DNA of 64,000 nt, taken from NCBI GenBank assembly GCA_000091205.1, contig AP006498.2. One strand, written 5' to 3'. The position numbers and the translations under genes are program-made. Positions 12,701 through 23,788 of the stretch are shown here, in pieces; the stretch's first letter is position 1; each line of letters starts with the position of its first letter. The notes below the pieces were generated by a model. That model ran no database searches, had not been told where the DNA came from, and saw nothing but the letters and a program-made list of their open reading frames with translations. This DNA comes from Cyanidioschyzon merolae (Eukaryota).

Positions 12701-14013
12701 TGGACCGGATGCTGCATTCGGAGCAACCTCCGGTGGCATCCAGCGCAGCAGATTGCGATGGAGCAGCAAAGCCGCAGCAAACACATTCGAAGACTTTCTG
12801 CGCCCTGTGTCTCCAACCAGTAGATGCTGCGTCGTATGCTGATCGTTTACAGGCCCTACAGACGGACCGCCAGCGTCTGGCAAGTGCGCTGGATGACCTC
12901 CGCGCACAGCGGCACGACAAGGACGCGGAAATCCAGATCATGGAGCGCGAACTCAGAGACACAGAAGCGGCATTCATGGAGCGGCATGCATTGGAGCAAC
13001 GCCTCGATGCAGTGGTGGCGTTGCGCCCCACACCCGAGCATTTGCATGAGCTTTCGCAAGCGAGCGATCGTTGCAGCATGGAGGCCGCACTTGTTATGCG
13101 CACGCTCGATACGAATCGCCAGCTTCTAGCCGAATATGAACAGCATCTGCTGCAGCAGCAAGAGCTGCGTTTGCACCAGGAACAACAGCGCGCGCGTTAC
13201 GACCGAGCCCTTCGAGCGTTGGACTGGACTCAACAGCAGCGACAGCGTCTACTCCAACCGATAGCTGCTGCGATCCTAGAGGCAACTGCGCACGTCGCGT
13301 CGCTACAGTCCACGTTAAACGAAGCGGTAGCGCATGAACGCACGCTTGTGGATACTGCGGATCGTCTGGAATTCCTTGCGCGCGCATTTCATCGCGGTGG
13401 CATACCGAGCCAGTTACTGGATCAGAGCCTGCAAGTCATCGAGACGCTTTGTGGTCATTACCTACGACATCTGAGCGATGATACGCTTTTACTGCGAATA
13501 CGTCGTCGCCGACAAGCGCAGCGTCCTCGGGAGCGGGAGCTTACCAAGGCTACCACGCGCGCAGAGAACGCACTCGAAGTACTTGTCTGGCAAGTCTACT
13601 GTCGAGACGCGCGCACAGGCACGTTCCGGGAACGAGAACTAGGCCTGCTCAGCGGCGGTCAGTTGCGACGAGTCAGTATTGCACTTTCCTTGGCCTTTGC
13701 CGAGTACATCTGTCATCAGCTGGGATATCGTAGTAATCTGCTGGTCTTGGACGAGGCTCTTCAACAGCTTGATCAAGAGGGTGCCCGTCGCTTAGCGTCA
13801 CTACTGCCGCAGCTGCAACGTGAGACGGTGCTGGTTATTGCCCACGAGAATGCCAGCTTTCTCGTGGACATCGCGGATGCGCATGATGTTGTGGAGCGTG
13901 CATCAGGGCGCAGCACGGTGCACTGTGATACCGGGTTTTTAGAGACAGAGCTCGCAGGCGACTCGTTTTCAGGGCGTTCAGAGCTCGTCCCGCAAGCGCA
14001 GGTCCGACGCTGA
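9790..14013 (+). CDS. SbcD/Mre11-like metallophosphoesterase fused to SbcC/Rad50-like SMC-type ABC ATPase (single 1407-aa polypeptide) with about 140-aa N-terminal extension (possible organellar targeting)
   Basis: Calcineurin-like phosphoesterase motifs in order: VVFSDLHVD, GDFWHLRG, LPGNHD, FCHAEIQG, GHFHRP. Then Walker A NSNGTGKTT, about 600 aa of heptad/coiled-coil sequence with a central CALC (CxxC zinc-hook-like) motif, ABC signature LSGGQLRRV, Walker B LLVLDEA, H-loop VIAHENAS. Confidence 0.7.
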   Translation: MYAALHRVTATIEAVDLSPLHFEAHVSSPASMSRRMTALLHWGPSPVLFASPFYQAGARNQRANATKITRWSIRCRKYARSEGLGFLAITQPKTSLVRTASHAAYNANLWAARRSGRVSPRMTTGSSPVLSTRRAELVCSRYVVFSDLHVDANRLETCLQVLERVHELATARDAGIIFLGDFWHLRGSIPVICLNRVLETVQQFTVPCLMLPGNHDQVSICGREHALVPVAAAMQPGLALVFDEPVVMFDALWLPYRKRPLQLVEALREHGPHVKAVFCHAEIQGAWLNNQMRYGGPGGIAPELFPPSPVPTYAGHFHRPHTVTGYPHIQYVGSPYQVTRAEEGQEKHLLVVRSTDWLTEEIVPLAIGPRFFRVSLKQARQQLSASIPASAAEATTSATTGFRPGDRVTLLCTASELQQQRTAGAKDMDHDLEYVYNELRRRGIHASMRLWDAPAENEKVSSSSAQRTFVEPQLRMPNAERLDAADVLRLFARQHPQQLDGTTLALGLSILEQIQKSNAKIARGESFSRLRAVHVLFDSVRLHNFGCFHTEPDSNQVDQLSMDVAGSTRHQMSVTSASEESHQDLESNGGVVKRGRVAAATATADGAWRTIPAKPGIWYPLRNRGIVQVSGRNLDEDGCNSNGTGKTTLAMAALWALTGSLEPRPHLRRNVSQLRILHEDATEGFVELRASVNGKPLLVRRKVRRSGKQRERYNQELFVEYDSRDLTRLSIEETQQRLNEIIDLSLLPHVVFFGQNYLHGLLSTTDKEFKEILESALPLQVWNEAYAHVTARQRALREERQQLAQKIQSCSQALERERERIEELARTERETRLQLDLQEQELKQSLEQWQQGAAEASASDTIDSGSDNTSLEALRERIRHLKASIDADVTTLAELQRKEAKLHAELAQAQRLWDQWAALHAQLQGDAGITVCQGSLEQRRTALHEQVKDLKRVLQELQLQEQSTVASIRHLDRMLHSEQPPVASSAADCDGAAKPQQTHSKTFCALCLQPVDAASYADRLQALQTDRQRLASALDDLRAQRHDKDAEIQIMERELRDTEAAFMERHALEQRLDAVVALRPTPEHLHELSQASDRCSMEAALVMRTLDTNRQLLAEYEQHLLQQQELRLHQEQQRARYDRALRALDWTQQQRQRLLQPIAAAILEATAHVASLQSTLNEAVAHERTLVDTADRLEFLARAFHRGGIPSQLLDQSLQVIETLCGHYLRHLSDDTLLLRIRRRRQAQRPRERELTKATTRAENALEVLVWQVYCRDARTGTFRERELGLLSGGQLRRVSIALSLAFAEYICHQLGYRSNLLVLDEALQQLDQEGARRLASLLPQLQRETVLVIAHENASFLVDIADAHDVVERASGRSTVHCDTGFLETELAGDSFSGRSELVPQAQVRR

Positions 14014-16565
14014 GGTGCTCGCAGTCGTGCGCGTTTGACTTTTGTACCGCTGTATTCAGTGCAGTGGACTCTGGAAGTTATACATGATCACACCCATTGT
14101 GTTTTTATTTGTTTTGCTCGGTAGGTATTCAAGAAAACCGACGTATGCTTTCATGATGGAGAAAGGTTGCAGAATGACTTGATGCCGACTCTGTTAGTTT
14201 AGCGAAGAACGACGGTATCTGTACGAGCCGGCCACTTACGTGCCAGCCGGCGGATCATCCACACTGCTTCTTGGCGCCATCAAAAGTGCCTTGCACCCAG
14301 AACGGCGCTTTGTTTCTGCGAGAATGCCTTTTCATCAGTCCAACGCATTCTATTTGGCCCTTAAGGAATCCGACCAAAGAAACCGTATAGTATGTGCGGT
14401 TTCCATACCATCGATACGAACAGCGATCAGCAGACACTGATGGACAAGGAGAAACACAAGCTTCTAGGCGAGACCGTCGCGCAGGGACCCATGCACTGTT
14501 GTTTTGTGCGAAAACGCGACCGATAATGACAGGAGCGACGGACGCTCGTCTCACTCGATGAGCGTACGTTCGGGAGAACTGGCAGATCTGTGTGTGAGTG
14601 CTCAAAGGGCTATAGTGCGCTGTTCGGGGCTCATGCCGCGTTAGCCGCTAGCTCTCCGAAAAATCAGACGTACTGGTCACCTAGAGACGTTTCGGATCGC
14701 GAACCTCTCATATCCCTATTATTCTTGTTCTCTGCTCTGGATGGAATATGGAGTTCCAGTTCGTCTTTACGTACGAATTTCGAATCGAAAAATGCGTGTC
14801 TTCGTGAATTCCGCCGGAGGCGGCGGGGAGAAGCGCCCTCCTTCTTCTCCATTTGGAAAGCGAATATTTTCACAAATTGCCCCATAAGCGTGCCCTGCTT
14901 TGCAGTGCGTCTCAATTCGAGCTCCAAACTCTCCTAAGTGCAAGTTTTGCTGCGCGCGCGACATCGAACTCGTTGCTTACGGTAATAAAAGTATACATAC
15001 GCATGCCTGCTTGTCGAAAGCAAACCCGCATCCCGGAGTGGCCTCTTCGATGCATCAACCTCGCGTCATCCATCAAGAACGCTTACACTTGTCTGCCGCG
15101 GGATACCGGCATACGTTTGCGTACGCGCATCCGCGATACCAGCTTCGCGGTTTTAGAGAGCTCTATTGTCGCATCCGTCGTTTCTCAGTGTAGCATCTCT
15201 CCCAGTACAAAGACGATGCGCTGCAGCCTACCATATCATTGTCCGTTAGGGCGTTGTGCAAGAGCACAGCGGAGCTAAGCGGAGTTTCCGGGTAGAGTCG
15301 CGGGCACGCAGCGCGATGCAATGCAAACATATGCACTGGCAAACGCTGTCGTTAGCGACATCGCAGCCGTCGCAGGAGCCACCGTATTCATCAGCGGTGC
15401 TGCAAAACCCGGGTCATGAAGCATGTACTGAGTCTGTAGCCGGCGTCGAGCGCCGCTCTCGCTGAGACGCGAGCTACGGCAGGGAAACCTTCCGGCAATG
15501 TATCGAATACGGTTCTGAAACGGAGTTGCATGAAACCGAAACATCTTGTCCCAGTAAACCTCCACTGCAGCGCGTGCAAGAACGAATAGCGGGCTCTATT
15601 TAGGGCTTTCCGCCGGACAACTGGTGCTGCAGCTTGTCCAAGAAAACTGCTGCTCCGGTTGTATCAGGTCGCCACGGCTGGCGGCAAAGCGTTCGTGCTG
15701 AGTGCCACCCTCTGAGCCGGTGCTGCCCATGCGAAAACCCTCGAAGACACTGTTCAGCGTTCTTGAGACCCTTGGAAACAGCCTCATCTAACTGGCACGA
15801 GCGCAGAGAAGCATCGTCGCGCCGCAGCACTTCTACGTGCTGTGCAGGCTGGCTTGAACGCCAAAACCACAGCACGACCCTATTTCCAATATTCCAGCAG
15901 ACATACATAAAACAGACCAAAAATTCCAATGCTCTTCGAATACGTACACCACGCTATGTGAATTTCGCGACTACTCATCATCCAGTAAAACAACAAGCAT
16001 AAGCTGTACGTTCTCGCCCTGTCAATAGAGCTGGCGTCTGCAGCTGCTGGTGTGTCCCCAGATACCACGCCTGTCCCAGTGCGCTTGCATTTGCCCTCGA
16101 CACCCTTCACTGCCACTCTAAGATCCAACCCGAAACAAATAATATCCTTTCTACAACGTTTGTTCAACCTCTTATCGAGAAAACGGCTCAAATACTCGAC
16201 AAACAACGTTTACGCACGCGACTAAACTGACTTTCCTTAACGGTTACCGCAAGGCGCCTGCACCAACACCCGTCGACGCCTGTCTCTTGTCATTCTATAT
16301 TCGGTTCTTGTGGCAAGCGAGCACCAAACGCGTTCCTCGAGCGCACTGAAGCGAGTACGATTGCTTTCCCGAGGCAACCAGAGCCTCAGTTAATAACCAC
16401 AAGCACACTCCAGACTCGAAGCGCTTTTCAGTACCCGAGTTGCGTGGCGAGCGACCGGCTTCGAGCGCTGTGCAGGCGCTTTTTCGAGCGGAACGCAGAG
16501 CACTGCTGCCGTGAATGCACCGAGCATCGAGGCCGTTGTCTGAATCGCGCTGTCCTTCACCGGCA

Positions 16566-17009
16566 ATGGCACGAAGTACTTCGGACCGTTCCGCACACAC
16601 AGCGGGAAGTGCAGCCTTCCCCAGCACGGTAACGTCGACACCCGCGTCCACCTCGACGTCGATGTCGTGGAGCGGGCACAGCAGCCAGGTCGCGAACCGA
16701 GCGGACCTGTCGGGTGTAGCGTATGCGGACTTGCTGGAGCAACAGAATCAGGATCGAATTCAGGCGCTTTCCGGCAAAGTGGGAGCTATGAAAGAGTTGG
16801 CTATCCAAATCAACGAGGAGGTTATCACCCAAAACCGTTTTCTGGACCAGGATCTCAGCGACTCGATGGGACGTACTGTGGAGCAACTGCGCAACTCAAT
16901 GCGAAAACTAGAACAACTGGTACGGTCTGGTAGTTCTTACGCACTCTGTTACGGGGTTCTGGGTATTGTTGGGGTTCTTTTTCTGTTACACTGGTTGTTT
17001 CCGCGCTGA
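16566..17009 (+). CDS. Bet1/Sft1-like Qc-SNARE (t-SNARE coiled-coil homology domain plus C-terminal TM anchor)
   Basis: SNARE heptad region IQALSGKVGAMKELAIQINEEVITQNRFLDQDLSDSMGRTVEQLRNSMRKL followed by a tail-anchor YALCYGVLGIVGVLFLLHWLF. ORF begins at 16515; Met at 16566 chosen. Confidence 0.5.
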   Translation: MARSTSDRSAHTAGSAAFPSTVTSTPASTSTSMSWSGHSSQVANRADLSGVAYADLLEQQNQDRIQALSGKVGAMKELAIQINEEVITQNRFLDQDLSDSMGRTVEQLRNSMRKLEQLVRSGSSYALCYGVLGIVGVLFLLHWLFPR

Positions 17010-17240
17010 TTCCAAACGCATACTTGTGCACAGTCCAGGTGTTGCACTCAAGTCGTCAATGAAGCCGAGCATACGAGTCGTACAGCGCGCGAAGACACCT
17101 TGCCGCTGTCTACATGGCAGCTCGGGGTTCGCGGTCGCGAGCGGAAAAACAACAACAACAACAACATCGATCACGATGACGTCGAGAGGGTGTACCCCAG
17201 GTACGTGCTGCCGATGCCGGCAATGCGACCATTCGCCGCT

Positions 17241-20057
17241 CTACAAGGCTTTTTGCGCTGAGCCCGTTACGCGATCGCGGCGGTGCACAAGAACGAGACC
17301 CTCGAGCACTGGCGCATAACAGGCCCACTCGTCGCTGGCGAGTTCAGCGCGCTCACCGACTCCGATGAGGACCGGTGTGGTGTGCGTCTGGAAGCCCGTG
17401 ATGCCTCGCGGACGACCCGCCTGACCGACAGTATCTACCGCCTGGCCAACACGAACGAGAACAGGCACTGGTTGTTGCGTGTCAGCGTCCAGAGTAACGA
17501 GAAATCGTGGACGAGCAGCTAGTGCTAATGCGTAGAGGAACCAGTGATGGCGGCCAAGAAGCGTTTCCCGCAGGGACCCGGCACCAAGGCAGAGCACCAG
17601 TACGGTCAACAGACCTGCAGCTGCAACCGCATCCACGACAGTGGCATCCGCGGAGAACGGCGCAAAGGTCAAGAGTCCGCGTCCCGCGTGCGTTAACCCC
17701 TGAGCGAGGCGCACCATGAACAGCATACTCGGATCCTCGGCGTAAAAAGCAGACAGCTCCCGCAGCAGACCAGCTACTCGAGCTTGGTTGGTGCCGGCCG
17801 CTGTGAAGCCCATGGCTAAAATAGCACCAGCGGCTATTTCCGAGTCCCCGTCGTGACTCAATTTGCTGAGTATGTCGACCACTTCAAGGCGCGGATCAGA
17901 AACGAACGCAAGCCCCAGTGCGAGCGGCACCACCCGTCGTTGAGTATCGGAGCCGAGCTGCAACATTCGATCAAAAAGACGGAGCAGCATTTGCTGCATG
18001 AGACGTTCACCAGAAGCGTTTGCTGCTGCGGCTAGCGGCATCAACTCATTTTCCCAACTGAGGAAACGCTGTAAGGCTAGCACGTCGCCGGTGCCGTAGA
18101 AAGCGCAACATTCTAGCAATTGACTAACAAATGGGGCCTGCACACCCATGGCATGCAGCGCATCCAGTACAGGTTGCATAGCGAGGCCGCGACGGTGCAG
18201 GTAGAGCAGCCCCAGTGCAAGAGGGAATAAGCGGTTCAGGGAATGGCGAAAGATAGCTTCATTCTGGGCGTCGTTACCGGTTCCACCCGATGACGGTGCG
18301 CTCGCTGCGGGCCCGCCATTTGTCGCGTTCGATGGCGCCTCTGCCTCTTGGTTGGTGCTCGTGCTTGTTGCAGTTTCTTGACTTGCCTCTGGGTTGGATG
18401 CGGAGTGCTCTGCGGCTGCGCCCGGAACGGTATCGTTGTTCGGATCAGACACCGGACCTACCAACTCCATTCGTTCAGGGGCATCGAGCTCGGTCGTTCT
18501 CGGCTCGGGGCCAGCGGCGTCAGTAGTGTTTGATTCCCTGGGCACATCTACGCAACGATCCTGTATTGCCTGAATAAGCGTAGACGCCAAGTCCGCGTTC
18601 GCTGACGACACAAATATTAGCCCGACGGCGAGCGCTGTAACCGCCGCGACATCAACAGGGCTGCTAACATCCACCAATATGGGGGCCAGCAGCTCCATCA
18701 AATCCACGCGCTGTGTACCTGCGTACGCGAAGCCGAGTCCCAGGATCGCCGCCAACCGTTCGTTGTTGTTCTCGGACTCGATATGCTCTGCGAGCAGCGC
18801 TAGAGCAGCGTCGCACTCGTCTGGGACGCGACCACCGCTGAGGAGTCCAATCGCGAGGAGTGCTCCGGCCCGAACGAATTCTTCTGGTGAATACAGGTAT
18901 TTGTCAATTTCAGCGAGGCCTCCGTCGACGTCGTAGAGGAATATCATTCCCAGGGAGGCAGTTGCTGAGAGCATACCCTGGGCTCGGTTCCGAAAAATCC
19001 AATTACGACGCTCGTCATCGGAGGGATTGGTGAGAAACTTGTCCGATCCAAAGCCCGCGTTCACGAAACCGTTCACAAAAGCAGCAGCGAGATTTTCTCG
19101 TGCAGAATCGACATGAACAGTGCCGATCAAAGTGCTCAGCCGCCTCCCTGATTCCACCAGATGCGACTTGTAAATATCCTCCGGGGTTTTCGCCTCGAGG
19201 ATTTCGAGATCTTGCGCCACTGCCCGATAGTGTTTCGACCAGTCTCTTGGTGTTTGCATGAGCTCTATCTGAGTTCGCATTGGGCCGGGTGGGACTCGGT
19301 CCACAGGTACCAGCGAGGGATCGCCAAGCATCTTCGCTACCCGGTACGCGTTCGAGAAGCGATTGGCTCGAAGATAGAGGTTCAGTGCCCATCGCAGAGC
19401 GTTCTCATTCTCGGGTTCTGGTAGGTAGACTGCACACGAGGTCAGGTACTGGCACACCCGGTCTTCGCTGAGTCGATCGTTCAGCGTGAGTTGCCCAAGT
19501 CGATCGAGTTCACCGATCTCGAGGCAAAAGTCGCATGCGTCGACTTCTGCGCGTTTCTCCACGAGGTAGGTTAGAATTTCACTGATCAAAGGATTCAGTT
19601 CCTTTCGCTCCACTTTCCCGGCTTCGAGTGCCTCCCCAATTTCCCCAACGAGAGAGCGCACGTATTCTTGCCCCCAGTAGCCCACAGGCAGACTCGAGTC
19701 GCCACGTAGTCGGAATAGCAAGCACTCGAAGGTGCCGGCCTCCGCCATGGTCATTGCCAACACTGAGAGCAAGTTATAGAAAAACGAACCATTTGGTTCA
19801 TCTTGAGCCTGTTTTTTCAAGCGACCATAGTGAGGCCGCAGAAACTTCAGCGGCTTTGGTACAGAAGTCAGCGACGACGTGGCAGTGCGAATGATGTCAC
19901 CGAGAGCACTGAGCGCAGCCGGACGCGTCGTTGTATCAAGCACCCGATCCACCAGAAGATCCAATCGGTCTTTTAGTTCTGCGTCTTCGGGAGACAGGTC
20001 TAGCGTTTCATCCGTAGTTCCGTTCATCGGACCTTGTGTACTGAGAAACCAAAGCAC
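17241..20057 (-). CDS. RPN1: 26S proteasome non-ATPase regulatory subunit RPN1 / PSMD2
   Basis: 938 aa. N-terminal [19 protein letters not shown] and C-terminal [55 protein letters not shown] are near-identical to PSMD2; PC repeats ([21 protein letters not shown]); one low-complexity insertion. Confidence 0.85.
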   Translation of the reverse strand: [938 protein letters not shown]

Positions 20058-20139
20058 GTTCTATAAACAGAGAATGTGTAGCAGTGTTTCGGCCGGTTCA
20101 GCGGAACGGACGCTCATCGCGCTGTCGCCGCTGTCGATT

Positions 20140-20215
20140 TCGCGGCGATGATGAAGATGGCAATGATGTTGATGATGATGGCAGTGATGATGGCAATGAT
20201 GATGTTAATGAACGA
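20140..20215. repeat. Imperfect (GAT/ATG)n microsatellite
   Basis: gatgatgaagatggcaatgatgttgatgatgatggcagtgatgatggcaatgatgatg. Confidence 0.6.
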
Positions 20216-22168
20216 TGTCGCGCATGTGGATGCTGTGGATACTGTGGACGGATGCTCTGATTTACGCATATTCGAGCAAAATAGCTTTGGTTTGCTTTCG
20301 TAGCTCGGATGTACACGCGAAAGTTTGGGATGCCTCCAAGTACGATCAACATTACCATTTTTCGGGCATTTTCAAGGACGGATTCCCTCGCCTCTCATCT
20401 ATGTTTGACTTAAAAAACGCTCGTCTGATCTCTGCCTCTAGTTCCGTAATTAGCATTAGAAAGGTGCTGATGCCAGCGTCCTAGTCAAGAGTTTTGCGTA
20501 AGTTCGTTGACAACGCATTGGATGCACAAGCAGATGTTGCTACCTGCGCCTCGCTTGCTATTTTCATCTGGTTCGTGTAGAGCCTCGGTGCGTGAGTCGC
20601 AGGGGCGACACTTGCTTGCGCACTGGCGTTCCCCCATGCCTACCACAACTCATCCGTCTTCGAGAGCCGCACTGTGGAGCGAAAAAGGCTCGCTTCTTCG
20701 TTTGGTACATTCCCTTGATGGATGCAGAAGGCGCCGCTCCATACCTACTCTGTTTCCGCACCCGATGCTGTAGCGTACGATCACAAGCTTCGCGTGGGTG
20801 ATCCCATCTGCTAATACGTTATTCAATGCGTACGTAAGCGAACGCTGCTCCATTCGATAAAGGATTCGTGGAACGTGACCTTGCGCGTCATGGAACAATT
20901 ACAGAAGTACAATTCACCTTGCAGAACAAGTCAAGACGTTTCGACTGCCTGAGGCCCCCATCATGGAAAGCGGTAGTGAATTCTCAAACAGAACGGTTGA
21001 GTCGATGACTGAAGCTCGAGTCCGAAACGCCTTTTCCGTGCCAACAGAAAAGGCGGGAGCTTCTTGGTGCGCATCCCATTACCGGTTTCATGCTGCATTC
21101 GATTGTCGTATCGTCGTTAGCAACGAATCGAGGAAAATTCTGGTTCCGAACGGAATCCGTCATTGCTGAGCGTGAGAGGTTGGACGAACATGCGTGACAA
21201 GTGTAAGCGCAGGTTGGCAAGAAAAGATGTCGAGTATTTATTCTCATCAATCCATCGGCTGGACTTGTTGCGCCTATGATTTGCCTTGAAACAGAGAGAT
21301 CAAAAATCTAAAGAAAGCATCTTTTCAGGATGCTGCCCACAAGGAAACGAGAAGAAGGGACGCTCTTGCGCATAAATTGAATATTTATGTCGGTTAGAAC
21401 ACGGACCCTGGTTCGATGGCTTCGTGAATCACTGTGAATCTCGTGACGAAACGATCTCCAGCGGTAAAAAGTCGAAAAAGCCATCCCGAAAGGACTGCCC
21501 AGAATCTTTAATCTACGCTTGAATCCCTAAGCTGTCGTTGCTGCACCAGAAATGCCGACACTGCGCATCTACAAACAAGTTAGGCAATGTTCGAAAGGTA
21601 GGAACGTGTCCAGTATTTCAGGTGTCCGGTTTCAGTCATGCACAGGTGTGGCGCGTGCGCAAACGGTACCGAAATTGCGGGAAACCGCTCTCGAGCGTAT
21701 GAATGCGATCCAGTCATTTTCTGGTTGGCGTTCTACAGCACCAGATGAGCGGGTTCGGTGCATCATATTCTGCCTCTGCAAGACAGAGCGCACCTCTTCT
21801 TCAGCTCCCGTGACGTTGCAAAATCAACAGGTTCTGGAAGGTTTCAGAGCATAAAGTTTGAATCGGAAGCTCGTCGATCACGCCCTGGGGCACTTACGTG
21901 TAGGTATCCCATGGAATGGCCGTTCAAGGTTTCTTCGAAGCGTCAGCCGCGATCAGTGTGTGCAGAACGCGTTTACAAGGCAACGCAGGTGATTGATGGG
22001 AGCAGCACCTATTCATCTCCGCGCATACTCATTGGAAGAAGTGCATGGATGTGTACCCCAATGGCTCCATCTCGAGGCTATGTCTAACATGCCAAAACTG
22101 CTCATCCAACCGCCAGAATAAACTTGGGCATGATGGTGCGCCCTGGCACTGCATGCTGGAAGATAGAT

Positions 22169-23788
22169 TTATTCGAATAGTCTTTGGAGATATCGAGCAT
22201 GGAGTGTTGCCGGCATTTCGCCGAGCGCTGTCAATAATGCGCTGGTTATCACGGCCGGTACACCGATGCCCGGAAACGAATTCTCACCTGCCAGTGCAAG
22301 TCCAGCAGGTAAATCATGGCGAATCCAGGGAAGTAGCGGCTTGGCACCATAGGTGCCGCGGTAGCGCCGTAAATACTGCTCATGGGTCAACGGTGTCCCG
22401 ATGAGTTTCATTCGGATCGAGTCAGGGTCTGCACAGCCCGGCACTGCCCGAGCAATTGCATCCAGCAACACCTGACCTCTGGCAAGTTTCTGTGCTCGAT
22501 AGCGCTCGCGATCAAGGTTCTCCCAGAGCTCGTACGGCTCCGTTGCTGGCGTATACGCGTGGAGTGTATGCTCACCAGATCGCGAAAGCGACGGATCCAG
22601 CACTGATGGAATCGAAATGGCGACGACATTCTGAGGCTCCGTCAGCCTCTCCCAGTTATCCACAACAATATAGTGACAATTGTAGCCGTCGTGCTCTGGC
22701 GGCTGGCTGCCCCGAATGTAGTCGGTGAAATGTGTGGATGCGCTTTCCGGGTCCAGCGCCTTGAAGACCAAGTGCGCGTGTAGGAAGCTTGGAAGAGGCT
22801 CGGCATTGGCCTGGAAAGATCCATCCTGCAGCAAGCGCGCTGTGTCCCAGAGACTTATGCAGCTGACCACTCGACGCGATGCCTTGATTCGGCGACCGTC
22901 GACTAGCGTCACTCCGACGACTCGCTGTGAGGCGTTCTCTGTCCAAAATGACTGCACTGGCGAGCTCGTGTACACTTTGCCGCCGCGTTTCTCCAGAGCA
23001 TCCTTCAAGGCCTGCGCTAGCGCCGCAACACCTCCAAGGGGATACTCTAGGTAAGCATCCTCTCCGTAGAAGGAACGGAACATGAAGGCCATTTCGGCAG
23101 TCGGCGTTCCATCAGAGGGTAATCCACTCAACAAAAAACACAGCAGGTCCATCCAGCCGCGCAGAAATGCGTCCCGAACACCAACTTGATCCAGCACTCG
23201 TGAAAATGGTGCAGACATGAGCCGGAAATGTGCTGCATGACGCAAGGCGCGCGGCAGATGAGGTGTCACCGTTCGCCAGATACCCAGGTCTCGTCGAAGT
23301 GCAACAGGTGGGATACTTACAGCCGCCTCCGCGAGCGGTTTCATAAAACGCTGTAGTTCAGCAAACTGTGCGGCGGCGTCTCGACCGCGAAGCTCTCGTA
23401 GCGTATGGCTGAAGTCTTTCGCACCGACTGCTGAGTTGAAGCGACCCTCGGGGACTAGGACGCCCCAGGTGTTGTAGCGCGCCACCGGGAGCTTGATCCC
23501 CAAGAGGCGCAGCAACTGAGCTAGTGGATCGGAGGAGTCTCGCCCGCTTAAAGATCCTCCAGCAAAGAGCGATGGCCCCGTATCGAAGTAATAGGGACCT
23601 TTCGAGAAACCGTGTGCAGCGCCGCCAACGCGCTCATGGGCCTCTAAGAGACACACTGAGTGACCCTGGTCCGCGAGTAGCGCACCCGTTGCAAGTCCCG
23701 CCAGGCCACCGCCTACGATGACATAGTCAGCCCATTGAAACGCCCAGACACCACCATTTCGACGTCGTACCCGTTGTGCGCGTTGCAT
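22169..23788 (-). CDS. FAD-dependent oxidoreductase of the phytoene desaturase / carotenoid isomerase (CRTISO)-like family
   Basis: 539 aa. Rossmann dinucleotide fold VIVGGGLAGLATGALLADQGHSVCLLEAHERVGG. CRTISO-like blocks YPLGGVAALAQAL, SIPSVLDPSLSRSGEHTLH, GTYGAKP, GLALAGENSFPGIGV. Confidence 0.65.
   Translation of the reverse strand: MQRAQRVRRRNGGVWAFQWADYVIVGGGLAGLATGALLADQGHSVCLLEAHERVGGAAHGFSKGPYYFDTGPSLFAGGSLSGRDSSDPLAQLLRLLGIKLPVARYNTWGVLVPEGRFNSAVGAKDFSHTLRELRGRDAAAQFAELQRFMKPLAEAAVSIPPVALRRDLGIWRTVTPHLPRALRHAAHFRLMSAPFSRVLDQVGVRDAFLRGWMDLLCFLLSGLPSDGTPTAEMAFMFRSFYGEDAYLEYPLGGVAALAQALKDALEKRGGKVYTSSPVQSFWTENASQRVVGVTLVDGRRIKASRRVVSCISLWDTARLLQDGSFQANAEPLPSFLHAHLVFKALDPESASTHFTDYIRGSQPPEHDGYNCHYIVVDNWERLTEPQNVVAISIPSVLDPSLSRSGEHTLHAYTPATEPYELWENLDRERYRAQKLARGQVLLDAIARAVPGCADPDSIRMKLIGTPLTHEQYLRRYRGTYGAKPLLPWIRHDLPAGLALAGENSFPGIGVPAVITSALLTALGEMPATLHARYLQRLFE

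Noticed and set aside
12155-13387. Several 90-195-aa minus-strand ORFs inside the SbcCD-like gene
   Set aside because: They are antisense to a strongly supported 1407-aa CDS whose sense strand carries ordered catalytic motifs. This is typical of GC-rich open antisense frames.
20098-20358. 86-aa ORF over the GAT-rich microsatellite
   Set aside because: The translation is a simple-sequence product (Ser/Pro/Leu runs) driven by the microsatellite.
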